A stretch of 64,000 bases of DNA from Pyrodictiaceae archaeon. GTDB lineage: Archaea > Thermoproteota > Thermoprotei_A > Sulfolobales > Pyrodictiaceae. Shown here in pieces: positions 48,614-58,605 of the stretch (positions within the stretch are counted from its first letter, which is position 1; every line of letters begins with the position of its first letter). Both the position numbers and the translations under genes were made by a program. The notes below the pieces were generated by a model that was not told the origin of the DNA, ran no database searches, and worked only from the letters and a program-made list of their open reading frames with translations. The stretch is taken from NCBI GenBank assembly GCA_027036135.1, contig JALVSY010000007.1, positions 228,880 through 292,879 of the forward strand, read 5' to 3'.

Positions 48614-50059
48614 ATGGTTGATGACGCGGAACGCGTTATTATAGGCTTGGAGGTACATATCCAGATAAACTCTCTTGAGTCGAAGCTGTTCTGTAGCTGT
48701 AGCAGCGACTATCATGGAGCCGGGCCTAATACTCGTATTTGTCCTGTATGCTTAGGGCTTCCCGGCTCATTACCGGTTACCAACGAGAAGGCTGTCCATA
48801 AAGCGATCCAGCTCTGCCTGGCTATTGGTGGGCGCGTTGCCCCGGTGCTCCGCTTTGATAGGAAGCATTACTTTTACCCCGACTTGCCGAAGAACTACCA
48901 GATAACGCAGTACCTTGAGCCTATTTGCCGTGGAGGTAGCGTGGAGATAGAGACAAGGAAGGGAGCCAAGAGGATAAGGATTAGGAGGATAAATATCGAG
49001 GAGGATCCTGGGAGAATAGTTTATCCCGGTGGCTCGCCCCACAGCAGCCCATATGCGCTTGTTGATTATAATCGGAGCGGTGTAGCGCTCCTAGAGATAG
49101 TCACTGAGCCCGACATGGAGTCACCAGACGAGGCCGTGGCTTTCCTCGAAAAGCTCCGCAGTATCGTGGAGCACCTAGGGATATGTGATTGCGGACTAGA
49201 GGGGGCCATGCGGGCTGATGCCAACATAAGCATTGAGGGCGGTGAACGAGTAGAGGTAAAGAACATCACCGGGTTCACGGAGGTGAAGAAGGCACTAGCC
49301 TACGAGATTACTAGGCAACGGGACCTCCTTGCCAAGGGGCAGCGTCCTCGCCGAGAGACTCGGCACTGGGACGCCGTGCGCCGAGTCACTCTCCCCGCGC
49401 GCACCAAGGAGACCGAGGAGGATTATAGGTACATGCCGGAGCCTAATCTACCCCCAGCGCCTATCCCCAGAGAGCTTGTTGAGAAGCTTAGGGAGACATT
49501 ACCGGAGTTGCCGGATGCACGCATGAAGAGGCTCGTAGAGCAGTATGGCCTCCGTAGAGAGGTCGCTAAGGTGCTTGTGTCTCGTAAAGTGCTTGCCGAT
49601 TTCTTCGAGGACGCTGCAAGGATCTATAGCGGGGATGCGCGTAGACTAGCAAATTACCTTGTCAATGACTTGCTTAACTGGCTTAAGGATGAGGAGCTTC
49701 GGCCTCTCTATAGGCGTGTTCGCCCGGAGCACGTTGCGAAGGTGATGAGGCTACTGGATAGCGGGGTAATTAGTATTCGCCAGGCCAAGGAGCTTGCGGA
49801 GCACCTAGTAAAGAGGGGTGTTGACCCCGAGAAGCTCGTAGAGGAGCTCGGGTTTAGGAGAATAGCTGACCCCGAGAGGCTCAGAGAAGTGGTACGAAAG
49901 GTGCTGAAGGAGAACCCTAAGGCTGTGCGTGATGCGCTGAAAAACCCTAAGGCGATTAACTTCCTCGTGGGAATGGTTATGAGGGAGACGCGTGGGAGAG
50001 CTGACCCCGTCGTTGCGAGAAGACTTGTTGAGGAGGAGCTTGAGAAAATGAAGAGCTAG
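48614..50059 (+). CDS. gatB: Asp-tRNA(Asn)/Glu-tRNA(Gln) amidotransferase subunit B
   Basis: IGLEVH, FDRKHYFYPDLPKNYQITQ, EIVTEPD and DYRYMPEP motifs; ATG 48614 is the likely start. Confidence 0.96.
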   Translation: MVDDAERVIIGLEVHIQINSLESKLFCSCSSDYHGAGPNTRICPVCLGLPGSLPVTNEKAVHKAIQLCLAIGGRVAPVLRFDRKHYFYPDLPKNYQITQYLEPICRGGSVEIETRKGAKRIRIRRINIEEDPGRIVYPGGSPHSSPYALVDYNRSGVALLEIVTEPDMESPDEAVAFLEKLRSIVEHLGICDCGLEGAMRADANISIEGGERVEVKNITGFTEVKKALAYEITRQRDLLAKGQRPRRETRHWDAVRRVTLPARTKETEEDYRYMPEPNLPPAPIPRELVEKLRETLPELPDARMKRLVEQYGLRREVAKVLVSRKVLADFFEDAARIYSGDARRLANYLVNDLLNWLKDEELRPLYRRVRPEHVAKVMRLLDSGVISIRQAKELAEHLVKRGVDPEKLVEELGFRRIADPERLREVVRKVLKENPKAVRDALKNPKAINFLVGMVMRETRGRADPVVARRLVEEELEKMKS

Positions 50060-50505
50060 TGCCCGAGCCTGACTATCTCTACCTCGATGCTCTTTGCGTA
50101 GCGTTCGGCGTCGTAGCTGTACTCGTAGGCCGCTGCCACGGGAACTACTTGTTCTTCTCCAAGCTTCTCGGCCATCTCGCCGGCCTCGTCAACGAGCACA
50201 TCTATGTCCCCTACGTCTACATAGGGCTTCGCGTAGATATAGAACACAAGGCCATCGAACCAGAGAATCACGCGGGCCCAGAGGGTATCAGAGAACCCAT
50301 AGTCCTCTATGACGCGGATAAGCCTAGCACCCTCAAGCCTACCCCCCAGCATGAATGCCGTGGTAACTGTACGCACATGGTCCATGAACCGGTATGGGCT
50401 GAGTGGTGGAGCCGCTGGCTCCTCTTCAACACTTTCCTCGAGGCTCTCCGAGAGGCTTTCAAGAGCCGCGAGCTTCTCTAGGGCTAGGCTCACAGTTCCC
50501 ACCAT
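50056..50505 (-). CDS. hypothetical protein, degenerate PD-(D/E)XK-like fold
   Basis: YIYAK....GD...L......VVPVAA pattern resembles archaeal REase-fold proteins but lacks the ExK glutamate. Confidence 0.5.
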   Translation of the reverse strand: MVGTVSLALEKLAALESLSESLEESVEEEPAAPPLSPYRFMDHVRTVTTAFMLGGRLEGARLIRVIEDYGFSDTLWARVILWFDGLVFYIYAKPYVDVGDIDVLVDEAGEMAEKLGEEQVVPVAAAYEYSYDAERYAKSIEVEIVRLGH

Positions 50506-50690
50506 ACACTATATTGTGTTGGTAGAGGCGTTTAGCGGGGAGGAGGTCATCTATAGCACTGTATTATGCTATGTATTGGAACTAGACGTCCCCGGGTAGA
50601 AACACCAGGCTAAGCCGTGCTACACTAGTACTACACCAGTATCACTAAGCGCCGAGAAAGCGGGGAGCCGTGCAAAGGACACACGGGAGG

Positions 50691-51827
50691 CTAGGTTGGT
50701 GGGTGCGAGCTGGGCGTTACTGCTGGGAAGTCGATTATCTTTGCCTTGTGTAGCTTTCCTCTGCGCTCAACCATTACGCTCATACCCATTAGGGCGTGAC
50801 GGGCATCTATGTATGCTTGTGCGAGGCTTCTCCGCAAGATAGGGCTATACGCACCGCTTGTCACATAGCCTATCTCAACACCCTCTATGTATATCTTATC
50901 GCCTTGCCTAGGCACTATCCTGGACTTCTTACCTAGACGGAGCCCTACGCGGACACGGTCAGCGCCTCTCCGCAGCGCCTCGCGGAGAGCCCTGCAGCCT
51001 AGACAATTCTCCTTGGGCCCTGGCTGGAAGACCCACCAATACCTAGCCTCCACGGGATTTATTGTCTCATCTATCTCGTGCCCATAGAGGACAAAGCCTA
51101 CCTCCATTCGGAGACTATCACGGGCACCTAGTCCACAGAGCTTGCCGTTGAGCCGTGGTAGTAGCTCTGCCGCCTTCCTGAGAATTTTCTCGCCCTCTCC
51201 CACCTCGGCTATTATCTCGAAGCCATCCTCTCCTGTCCAACCACTCCTCGAGACTATGAGCGCCCTAGCCTTAGCGGCTCCTAGCTCAACATTCCTCAAA
51301 AACCTCATAGCGCTTAGCTCGAGCACATCACTGGGAGCACCCATCATCTTCATGAACTCTACTGATCGGGGCCCCTGGACGGCGAAGAGGACCCAGTCAA
51401 AGGTCTTATCCTCAATTCTCGCTGCTGCTTTGAGGCGGCCTATCCATTCCTCTATGTGGCTTAGTATCTTCTCCCTATTCGCCGCGTTCGGCACTATTAG
51501 CCAGCCATCATTGCCGAGGTTATAGGGCATTATATCGTCGCGGAACCCAGCGTTCTCGTTAAGCATCGCTGTCGGCCCAACCATCATCCCCTCCTCTGAC
51601 GATATATCCCGTGGCACTAGGTAGTCAAGCACACGTGTCGCATCAGCACCGCTTAGAACTAGTCTCCCCATATGGCTTAGATCGAAGAAGCCGAGGCTAT
51701 GTCTAACAGCAAGGTGCTCCTCTATAACACTCCCATAGTTTATTGGGGCCTCCCATCCAGCAAACTCGCCGAACTGCGCCCCCAGCTCCTTGTGCACATC
51801 ATAAAGGGGTATGCGTAGCTTAGCCAT
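50691..51827 (-). CDS. gcvT: glycine cleavage system aminomethyltransferase T
   Basis: FAGWEAP, FDLSHMG, VQGP, RSGWTGEDGFE and GARDSLRME motifs; ATG 51827 with GGTG SD. Confidence 0.95.
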   Translation of the reverse strand: MAKLRIPLYDVHKELGAQFGEFAGWEAPINYGSVIEEHLAVRHSLGFFDLSHMGRLVLSGADATRVLDYLVPRDISSEEGMMVGPTAMLNENAGFRDDIMPYNLGNDGWLIVPNAANREKILSHIEEWIGRLKAAARIEDKTFDWVLFAVQGPRSVEFMKMMGAPSDVLELSAMRFLRNVELGAAKARALIVSRSGWTGEDGFEIIAEVGEGEKILRKAAELLPRLNGKLCGLGARDSLRMEVGFVLYGHEIDETINPVEARYWWVFQPGPKENCLGCRALREALRRGADRVRVGLRLGKKSRIVPRQGDKIYIEGVEIGYVTSGAYSPILRRSLAQAYIDARHALMGMSVMVERRGKLHKAKIIDFPAVTPSSHPPT

Positions 51828-52154
51828 ACGAGTCGTACACCAAGGCTTAGGAGAACCAGTACCAGGGATTGTAAGTGCTTCCCCGCATAGGACCCCGGTT
51901 AGTGAAGGGAGACGGCTCGGGGAGGGGGCCACTTCCTCAACAAGCCACGGCCAGTTACCAAGCCGTGGCCTCAGGCTAGGGGGATCCCCCAGGCTCCCTC
52001 ACAGCCACTTAGCACTATGGAGACCCAGGGCCCGTAATTAGTGCAGCGACGAAGACCCCTTGTCTCTGAGATAGGGTAGTCTTGCTTTCTTTTCTTCGCG
52101 CTAGGTTATTTACCCTCCTGGGCTAGTGGTTGCGCTGCTTGGTGGTCAGCTTTT

Positions 52155-53318
52155 GTGGCGAGCCAAGAGCCTAGAGTGACTCCATGGGAGGCAGATGCGT
52201 TCGTAGACTATAAGCGCTTGATAGAGATCTTTGGCGCAAAGCCCCTAACTGATAGAGAGGCGTCACTGCTAGAGAGCATTGTCGGCGAGCAACACTTCAT
52301 GATCCGGCGCCGAGTGTTCTACTCTCACCGAGACTTCGACGTATTCCTCGAAGCGTATCATAGAGGAGAGCGAGCAGCACTCTATACTGGCCGGGGACCC
52401 TCGGGGCATACGCATCTAGGCCATATACTTCCATGGATATTTACTAAGTGGCTTCAAGAGAAGCTCGGCATCGACTTGTTCTTCCAGATAACGGATGATG
52501 AGAAGTTCTGGCACGAGGAGCGCTACCGCCTAGAAGACACAAACTCCATGGCTTATGAGAACATACTCGACATAATAGCCGTCGGGTTCGATCCCGATAA
52601 GACACACATACTCATAGACAGCGAGGACATAAGGTTCCTCTACCCAATAGCGGCAAGGGTAGCAAAGAAGATAACATTCTCCGTGCAAAGAGCGGCATTC
52701 GGGTTCACTGACTCAACCAACGTCGGCATGATATTCTACCCGACGCTGCAAATAGCTACGGCGTTCCTACCATCCGAGCTCTATGGAGAGCCAACCTGGG
52801 TCCTAATACCTGCCGGAATAGACCAAGACCCCTATTGGAGAATAGCCCGTGACATAGCGCCCAGCTTCGGCTACCCGAAGCCAGCACAGATACACGGGAA
52901 ACTACTACCCGGGCTAGGGCCCGAGGGGAAAATGTCGTCATCGAGGCCCGAGACAGCTGTGTACACTACCGATCCCCCCGAGGTAGCCGAGAAGAAGATA
53001 ATGAGAGCCTTTACTGGTGGGCAACCAACTCTAGAGCTTCAACGCAAGCTCGGAGGCAACCCAGACAAATGCCCCGTCTTCAAGCTCTACGAGATGATGT
53101 TCGAGCCCGATGACGAGAAGCTCAAGGAAAGGTACTGGAAGTGCAAAACAGGGCAACTGACCTGCGGCGAGTGCAAGCGAGAACTAGCAGAACGAGTAGC
53201 CAAGTTCCTAAAAGAGCACCAAAAAAGGAGAGAGAAAGCCAGGGACCTCGTAGAGAAATTCCTTATCAGGAACAAATTCGAGCCACCACCCGTGAAGTCA
53301 AGGGTAAAGAAGCGATAA
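52155..53318 (+). CDS. trpS: tryptophan--tRNA ligase
   Basis: YTGRGPS, HLGH, IPAGIDQDPY and KMSSS motifs. Confidence 0.97.
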   Translation: MASQEPRVTPWEADAFVDYKRLIEIFGAKPLTDREASLLESIVGEQHFMIRRRVFYSHRDFDVFLEAYHRGERAALYTGRGPSGHTHLGHILPWIFTKWLQEKLGIDLFFQITDDEKFWHEERYRLEDTNSMAYENILDIIAVGFDPDKTHILIDSEDIRFLYPIAARVAKKITFSVQRAAFGFTDSTNVGMIFYPTLQIATAFLPSELYGEPTWVLIPAGIDQDPYWRIARDIAPSFGYPKPAQIHGKLLPGLGPEGKMSSSRPETAVYTTDPPEVAEKKIMRAFTGGQPTLELQRKLGGNPDKCPVFKLYEMMFEPDDEKLKERYWKCKTGQLTCGECKRELAERVAKFLKEHQKRREKARDLVEKFLIRNKFEPPPVKSRVKKR

Positions 53319-53399
53319 GCCAATAACCTCCCACCCCTCCCTACCAAAACCTAATAACATGGCAGAGCCTCCCCTGGGAGTCAGAGGGGGCCCCTGGGT

Positions 53400-53517
53400 A
53401 GCCGGGTCGTCTAGCGGCCAAGGATGCGGGGCTTTGGCCGCCCACAAGGGGTACGGGTCTTCCCCCAGGGGCGGAAGAACCCCCGTGACCGGGGTTCGAA
53501 TCCCCGCCCGGCTACCA
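53400..53517 (+). tRNA. tRNA-Gln(TTG) with 42-nt intron (53438-53479)
   Basis: Cloverleaf with encoded CCA; bulge-helix-bulge at 37/38 (CTTT/GAAG central helix, CGCCC/GGGCG intron helix). Confidence 0.95.
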
Positions 53518-53635
53518 TTCAACCCGGCTCCCAACTCCTCTTCGCCTAGGGGGCTCTCTTCGTTCTCTGTGCTGCGCGGCGCAGCCCTTATCCCCTGCCT
53601 TAGCCGTTGTTCTTGGTTGAGGTTGTTAGGGGCTC

Positions 53636-54526
53636 ATGCCTCGTTACGAGGTTATCGGGCTCCGTCTCCCCGAGATTAGGCCTGGCGACGACCTAGCTGG
53701 ATTGATTATTGAGTCTGCTCGGCGTGAGTGCAGAGGGCTCCACGACGGAGACATCGTCGTCGTTACCTCGAAGCTGGTCATGAAGGCTAAGGGGTACTTG
53801 GTCCGACTTAGTGATGTCAGGCCTTCTCTTGCTGCACACTTGCTTAGCCGGCTTACTGGGAAGAACCCGGTTGAGGTGGAACTCGTTCTTAGGGCGTCGC
53901 GTGACCTAGTAGCGGTTGTTGATGTTCGGCCTCTAGCTAGTGCCCTCGAGAGGCTCTCCAAGGATCCAGTAAAGGCAAGGGAGCTTGTTGAGTCTATCTC
54001 CTCATTGTTCTTTGTCGTTACTCGTCAGGGACTTATAGCTATGGATGGAGGCGTTGATTACTCTAATGTTCCGCCGGGCTATGCTGTCGCGAACATAGTT
54101 GATTTCGACGAGGAGGCCCGCGTACTCCGTGACGAGCTGATCAAGAGAACCGGGAGACGTGTAGCCGTTGTCATCACGGATACCGAGACCAACACGAGTG
54201 GAAAGATTGGCACTGTTGACGTAGCCGTGGGCTCTGCTGGCATCGAGCCCGTGACCTCTGGTTTCGCTAGGAACGATATGTATGGTAGACCGAAGTTTGG
54301 TGGCATAGATATAGTTGTTGACGAGGTTGCCTCAGCTGCTGCACTACTAATGGGGCAGACAAACGAGGGTATACCAGTTGTTATTATCCGTGGACTAAGG
54401 TACAAGGAGTCCAATAAGGGTGTCTCGGACTATGCCCTAGGTTTTCGCGGTCTTGGGCTAAGAGGGTTGCTTAAGAACGCTCTTGCGAGGATTATTTATC
54501 GGCTCCTTTGGAGGCCCAATGCCTAG
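53636..54526 (+). CDS. cofE: CofE-like gamma-glutamyl ligase
   Basis: PEIRPGDDL, DIVVVTSK, GVD.SN, VVITDT and DEVASAAALLMGQ..EG.P motifs. Confidence 0.88.
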   Translation: MPRYEVIGLRLPEIRPGDDLAGLIIESARRECRGLHDGDIVVVTSKLVMKAKGYLVRLSDVRPSLAAHLLSRLTGKNPVEVELVLRASRDLVAVVDVRPLASALERLSKDPVKARELVESISSLFFVVTRQGLIAMDGGVDYSNVPPGYAVANIVDFDEEARVLRDELIKRTGRRVAVVITDTETNTSGKIGTVDVAVGSAGIEPVTSGFARNDMYGRPKFGGIDIVVDEVASAAALLMGQTNEGIPVVIIRGLRYKESNKGVSDYALGFRGLGLRGLLKNALARIIYRLLWRPNA

Positions 54527-55229
54527 TTATTAGCTCTGCTATTCCCTCAAGTGTATAGGTACTGGGTACCAAGGGGTTCTTTATGCCGAGTTGTACTAGT
54601 TTTCTCGCTGTCGTAGGCCCTATGGCTACCGGTATGAAGCTTGGCTCTCCATGGTACTTTGAGAAGAATGCCTCTGCTACACTGGGGCTAGTGAACACCA
54701 CGTAGTCAAAGTCATCAGCTACCCTAGCTGCTGTGTCAGCGAGCTTCTCTACCTTCTCTACACGGTACAATGGAACCTCATAATACCTTGTACCACTTCT
54801 TCGAAAAATCTCTACTAGCTCGGGGGTAGCCTTCTCGGAGCGAGCTAAGAGGACGCATCCCGGCTTATGCTTCCTTACGAGCTCTTCTGCGAGCGAGGCA
54901 CCAGTATAGCTCTCTGGGACTAGGCTTGGTTCTAGGCCTAGCTCGGCGCGGAGCCTCTCCGCTGTCCGCGGCCCAACTACTGCTATACGTAGTCCTCCTC
55001 TGGCCGCATTGAGCAGGTGCTCCCTGATGCTTCTCAGCATGTATGGTGCGCGTGGACTCGTGAGTACAAGCCAGTCGCACTCGTCTACTCTCTCCAGTAT
55101 TTCTCTAAGCGCTTTCTGGTTAGGGACCACTCTTAGCACGGGGATAGCGGCTACTATGCCTGCCTCGCTTAAGGGGCCTATCTCTACGGGGTGGGGGCGT
55201 AGTAGGAGTATTAGGGGTTGCTGGGGCAT
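54492..55229 (-). CDS. hemD: uroporphyrinogen-III synthase
   Basis: Repeated TS (LTSP, FTSPS) and VGP.TA/IGPTTA motifs; in hem cluster. Confidence 0.9.
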   Translation of the reverse strand: MPQQPLILLLRPHPVEIGPLSEAGIVAAIPVLRVVPNQKALREILERVDECDWLVLTSPRAPYMLRSIREHLLNAARGGLRIAVVGPRTAERLRAELGLEPSLVPESYTGASLAEELVRKHKPGCVLLARSEKATPELVEIFRRSGTRYYEVPLYRVEKVEKLADTAARVADDFDYVVFTSPSVAEAFFSKYHGEPSFIPVAIGPTTARKLVQLGIKNPLVPSTYTLEGIAELITRHWASKGADK

Positions 55230-55972
55230 ATTCTATCCCTCAGCTCAACTACTCTACCTACGACTATTACCGCAGGGGGCTTGACGCCCTGCTCTCTTGC
55301 CCTCTCAACTATGCCCCTGAGTCTGCCTACTATTGTTCTCTGACTTGGAAGCGAGGCATTTTCTATAATTGCTACCGGGGTTTCCGGGTCTATGCCGCCG
55401 CTAAGTAGCTCTCTAACTATCTCCCCCAGCCTCCCAACACCCATGAGTATTACTAAGGTGTCAACACTCTTCGCTATGGAGGCGTAGTTTACTCTTCGCT
55501 GCTTCTTCTCAGCAGCCTCCCTACCGGGCACAATGGCGAGGCTCGAGGCTACTAGCCGTGAGGTTGGCGGTATACAGGCGAGCTCCGGTGCCGCTATAGC
55601 GCTCGTAACCCCTGGCACGACTATGCACTTTACTCCCTTCTTGGTGAGGTAGAGGCACTCCTCTTCTCCTCTACCGAAGAGGAAGGGGTCACCACCATGT
55701 ACTCGTACAACTGTTTTGCCCTCGCAGGCTTTCTCTGCAAGTAGCTTGTTTATCTCGTCCTGTGTCAGAGCGTGGTGGCCTGGTCTCTTACCTGCGTAGA
55801 TTAGCTCGGAGCCCGGCTTAGCGCTTCTCTCTATAAACTTTATCGGTGCTAGTCGGTCATATACTATGACATCAGCTTCCCTAATGAGCCTAGCTGCCTT
55901 GATAGTTAGTAGCTCAGGATCCCCAGGCCCTGCTCCAACTATGTAGACAATTCCGTGGCCACAGCTCTCCAC
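55211..55972 (-). CDS. cobA: uroporphyrinogen-III C-methyltransferase
   Basis: VGAGPGDPELLT, YDRL, GGDP..FGRG.EE and VPGVTS motifs. Confidence 0.95.
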   Translation of the reverse strand: MESCGHGIVYIVGAGPGDPELLTIKAARLIREADVIVYDRLAPIKFIERSAKPGSELIYAGKRPGHHALTQDEINKLLAEKACEGKTVVRVHGGDPFLFGRGEEECLYLTKKGVKCIVVPGVTSAIAAPELACIPPTSRLVASSLAIVPGREAAEKKQRRVNYASIAKSVDTLVILMGVGRLGEIVRELLSGGIDPETPVAIIENASLPSQRTIVGRLRGIVERAREQGVKPPAVIVVGRVVELRDRICPSNP

Positions 55973-56063
55973 GAATACCCCCTTCCTCTATTCCCCTTGA
56001 TCACGATAGAGAGGAAACATCACAGGTTCCTTACTGAGAATTAGCGCTAAGCGGCTAGCTGGG

Positions 56064-56984
56064 CTAGGGGTTCTCGAGCTCTATGCCAGCTTTTCTTGCC
56101 TCTTCCCTTAGCTCTAGGGCTGCTAGTATACCAACCGATTCCGGAGTCTCCGGGCTACCTTCCACCTCAATACTTACCTTTTTCGAGCCATCAGTGCTGG
56201 CGATGGCTGCGTAGAGTCTTAGTGCTCCTTTCTCTAGCCAGGCATACCCGCCTAGTGGTACGTGGCAGCCTCCACCTGCTTTGCTTAGAAATGCTCTCTC
56301 TGCTCGTGCTAGTATCATTGTTTCTCGGTGACTAGCTCTCCCTAGTAGCTCTACTAGGTCTATGCGGTTGCCTAGTGTATAGACGCCTATTATGCCCTGG
56401 CTAGGAGCGGGTACTAGGACGTCAAGTGGTATTCTCCAATACTCTATGTCTAGGCCTAGGCGCTGAATAGCTGCCTCAGCGACAATAATTGCATCATACA
56501 TTCCCTGCTGCAGCTTCCGAAGCCTCGTATCAACATTGCCCCGGAGGGGTTTGAAGACAAGATCCCGTCTAACATGCTTGAGCATTGCTACACGGCGAGC
56601 ACTCGAGGAGCCAACTACTGCGCCGCTGGGCAAATCCCATATAGTCTTCGCGCCGCCACGCGCGACTAGTGCGTCGAAAGGAGAGTCGCGTGGCGGCGTC
56701 ATTGCCAGTACGAGGCCAGGGGTTACTTGGCTCGGCACATCCTTTAAGCTATGGACTGCTATATCGGCTTTGCCTTCTAGGACTGCTAGGTTGACCTCTT
56801 TCTCGAAGAGGCCTTTCCCGCCTATCTCTTTGAATGGCTTATCTACGTGTATGTCTCCCCTGGTCTTCACTATGACTAGCTCGTACTCGAGGCCCGGCTC
56901 TACTTTCCTTAACGTGTTTAGCGCGATCTCTGTCTGTGCGAGGCTTAACCTGCTTCCACGCGTCGCTACACGGAGCTTGGTCAT
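56064..56984 (-). CDS. hemC: hydroxymethylbilane synthase
   Basis: ATRGSRL, GKGLF.KE, AVHSLKD, RGNVDTRL and GGCHVP motifs. Confidence 0.97.
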   Translation of the reverse strand: MTKLRVATRGSRLSLAQTEIALNTLRKVEPGLEYELVIVKTRGDIHVDKPFKEIGGKGLFEKEVNLAVLEGKADIAVHSLKDVPSQVTPGLVLAMTPPRDSPFDALVARGGAKTIWDLPSGAVVGSSSARRVAMLKHVRRDLVFKPLRGNVDTRLRKLQQGMYDAIIVAEAAIQRLGLDIEYWRIPLDVLVPAPSQGIIGVYTLGNRIDLVELLGRASHRETMILARAERAFLSKAGGGCHVPLGGYAWLEKGALRLYAAIASTDGSKKVSIEVEGSPETPESVGILAALELREEARKAGIELENP

Positions 56985-58285
56985 AGTTTTCCTTCCCCGT
57001 GTAGCTTCTTGAAGACTTCTCTTAGAGCACTGATAGTCTCCTCTACTACCTCGCTTGTATGCGCTGCGCTCGTAAACACGGCCTCCATCTGGCTAGGGGC
57101 TATGAATACACCTCTCCTCAATAGCTCCTCGTGGAGAGCTGCATAGGCCTCTTTTCTACTCTTCTGAGCATCCTCCGGCGACAATACCTCGTGCCCTGTG
57201 AAGAATATCTGGAACATGCTCTCGACATGGTTTATTGTTGCTCTCACACCGTATTCTTCTATAAGGCTGCTTAGCTCCTCTACAAGCGCTTTAGCAGCTT
57301 CTCCCGCGATACGATAGGGCTCACCAGTTTCAAGAACCTCTATCGTTGCAAGGCCCGCGGCCATCGTCGCTGGGTGGGCGTTAAAGGTGCCGGCGTTGAA
57401 TACCTTTCCTAGCGGTGTTAGCTCCTTCATTATGTGCTTCTCGGCAACGACTACCCCTATAGGCATGCCGCCGCCAACAATCTTTCCAAGAGTAGTTATA
57501 TCTCCTTTTACCCCGTAGTACTGTTGTGCCCCGCCAAGCGCGAGGCGGAACCCGGTAATTACCTCATCCATTATTAGTAGTGAGCCGTAAGTGGAGGCTA
57601 TTTCGCGCAAGGCTTTCAAGAACTCTCTCTGCGGAGGTATAACTCCAGCGTTACCGACAACAGGCTCAACTATTATAGCTGCTACGTTGTCGCCGTACTT
57701 TCTCATGAGCTTCTCAACACTCCTTGTATCATTGTACCTAGCTACAAGGGTAAGCTTTGCCACGCTATCGGGCACGCCTTTGCTAGAGGGGACACCGTAC
57801 TCGGCCGCAGCACTACCCGCACCTACTAAGACGGCGTCATGGGCGCCGTGGTAGCATCCATTAAACTTGATTATTAGATCGCGGCCCGTGAAGCCCCGAG
57901 CCAGCCTAATAGCAGTCATAGTTGCCTCTGTACCAGTGTTAACAAAACGAACCATGCCGCCGGGATGATAGTACTTCAGTATTTTCTCTGCAAGCTTTAT
58001 CTCAAGCTCATAGGGCGCACCATAGAACCATCCCTTCTCAAGCTGGCGTTGTAATGCTTCATAGACCTTGGGGTGGCGATGACCAAGGAACAAGGGGCCA
58101 TAGCCTAGGACATAGTCTATGAGGCGTTCTCCATCGACTGTATAGATGTAAGCACCCTCGGCTCTCTCAACATAGAATGGGTAAGGCTTGACAGCCGCTC
58201 TAACGGGGCTGTTTACTCCACCTGGGAATAGCTCCTGTGCTTTCCCATATAGCTCCTTGCTTCTAGCACCAGGCATGCGCGGCAA
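56981..58285 (-). CDS. hemL: glutamate-1-semialdehyde 2,1-aminomutase
   Basis: PGGVNSPVRA, GTEATM, DEVITGFR and GKIVGGG motifs. Confidence 0.97.
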   Translation of the reverse strand: MPRMPGARSKELYGKAQELFPGGVNSPVRAAVKPYPFYVERAEGAYIYTVDGERLIDYVLGYGPLFLGHRHPKVYEALQRQLEKGWFYGAPYELEIKLAEKILKYYHPGGMVRFVNTGTEATMTAIRLARGFTGRDLIIKFNGCYHGAHDAVLVGAGSAAAEYGVPSSKGVPDSVAKLTLVARYNDTRSVEKLMRKYGDNVAAIIVEPVVGNAGVIPPQREFLKALREIASTYGSLLIMDEVITGFRLALGGAQQYYGVKGDITTLGKIVGGGMPIGVVVAEKHIMKELTPLGKVFNAGTFNAHPATMAAGLATIEVLETGEPYRIAGEAAKALVEELSSLIEEYGVRATINHVESMFQIFFTGHEVLSPEDAQKSRKEAYAALHEELLRRGVFIAPSQMEAVFTSAAHTSEVVEETISALREVFKKLHGEGKL

Positions 58286-58381
58286 ACCCCCTCAAGTACG
58301 CCCAGGGACGAGGGAGCAAGCTATAATTGTGCCCCCAAACAAGTACAAAGACCTCTCATATGATATGTCTTTTTATTATCT

Positions 58382-58480
58382 GAGGGGATGTGGTGAGGGT
58401 CACGGGTAAGAGCCCCCGCGCTAATAGGGGCTATGAATTAAAGGCCCGTAGCCGAACCCTCGTTGCCGCATCTCGCCTTG
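58382..58480 (+). ncRNA. candidate structured small RNA
   Basis: Four nested helices: GATGTGGT/GCCGCATC, GAGGGT/ACCCTC, ACGGGT/GCCCGT, AGCCCC/GGGGCT; G-U pairs favour the + strand. Confidence 0.45.
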
Positions 58481-58605
58481 GATATGCTTGTGTTATTCTT
58501 ATCGATGCTTTCTTACAGATGTAATCAAATACTTATATACTAGTGAATGGTAATAAGAAATACGGGGCTAAAGCTCCTCAATAAGTGATAATTAGGTGAG
58601 CAGTG

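Noticed and set aside
51828-52010. RNase P RNA (TGAGGAAGT on the - strand) and the 35-aa N-terminal extension of gcvT in the ORF track
   Set aside because: Other RNase P conserved regions are absent; GcvT homology and an SD point to ATG 51827.
53298-53679. ORFs overlapping tRNA-Gln (and 14941..15126 over tRNA-Gly)
   Set aside because: Explained by GC-rich tRNA genes.
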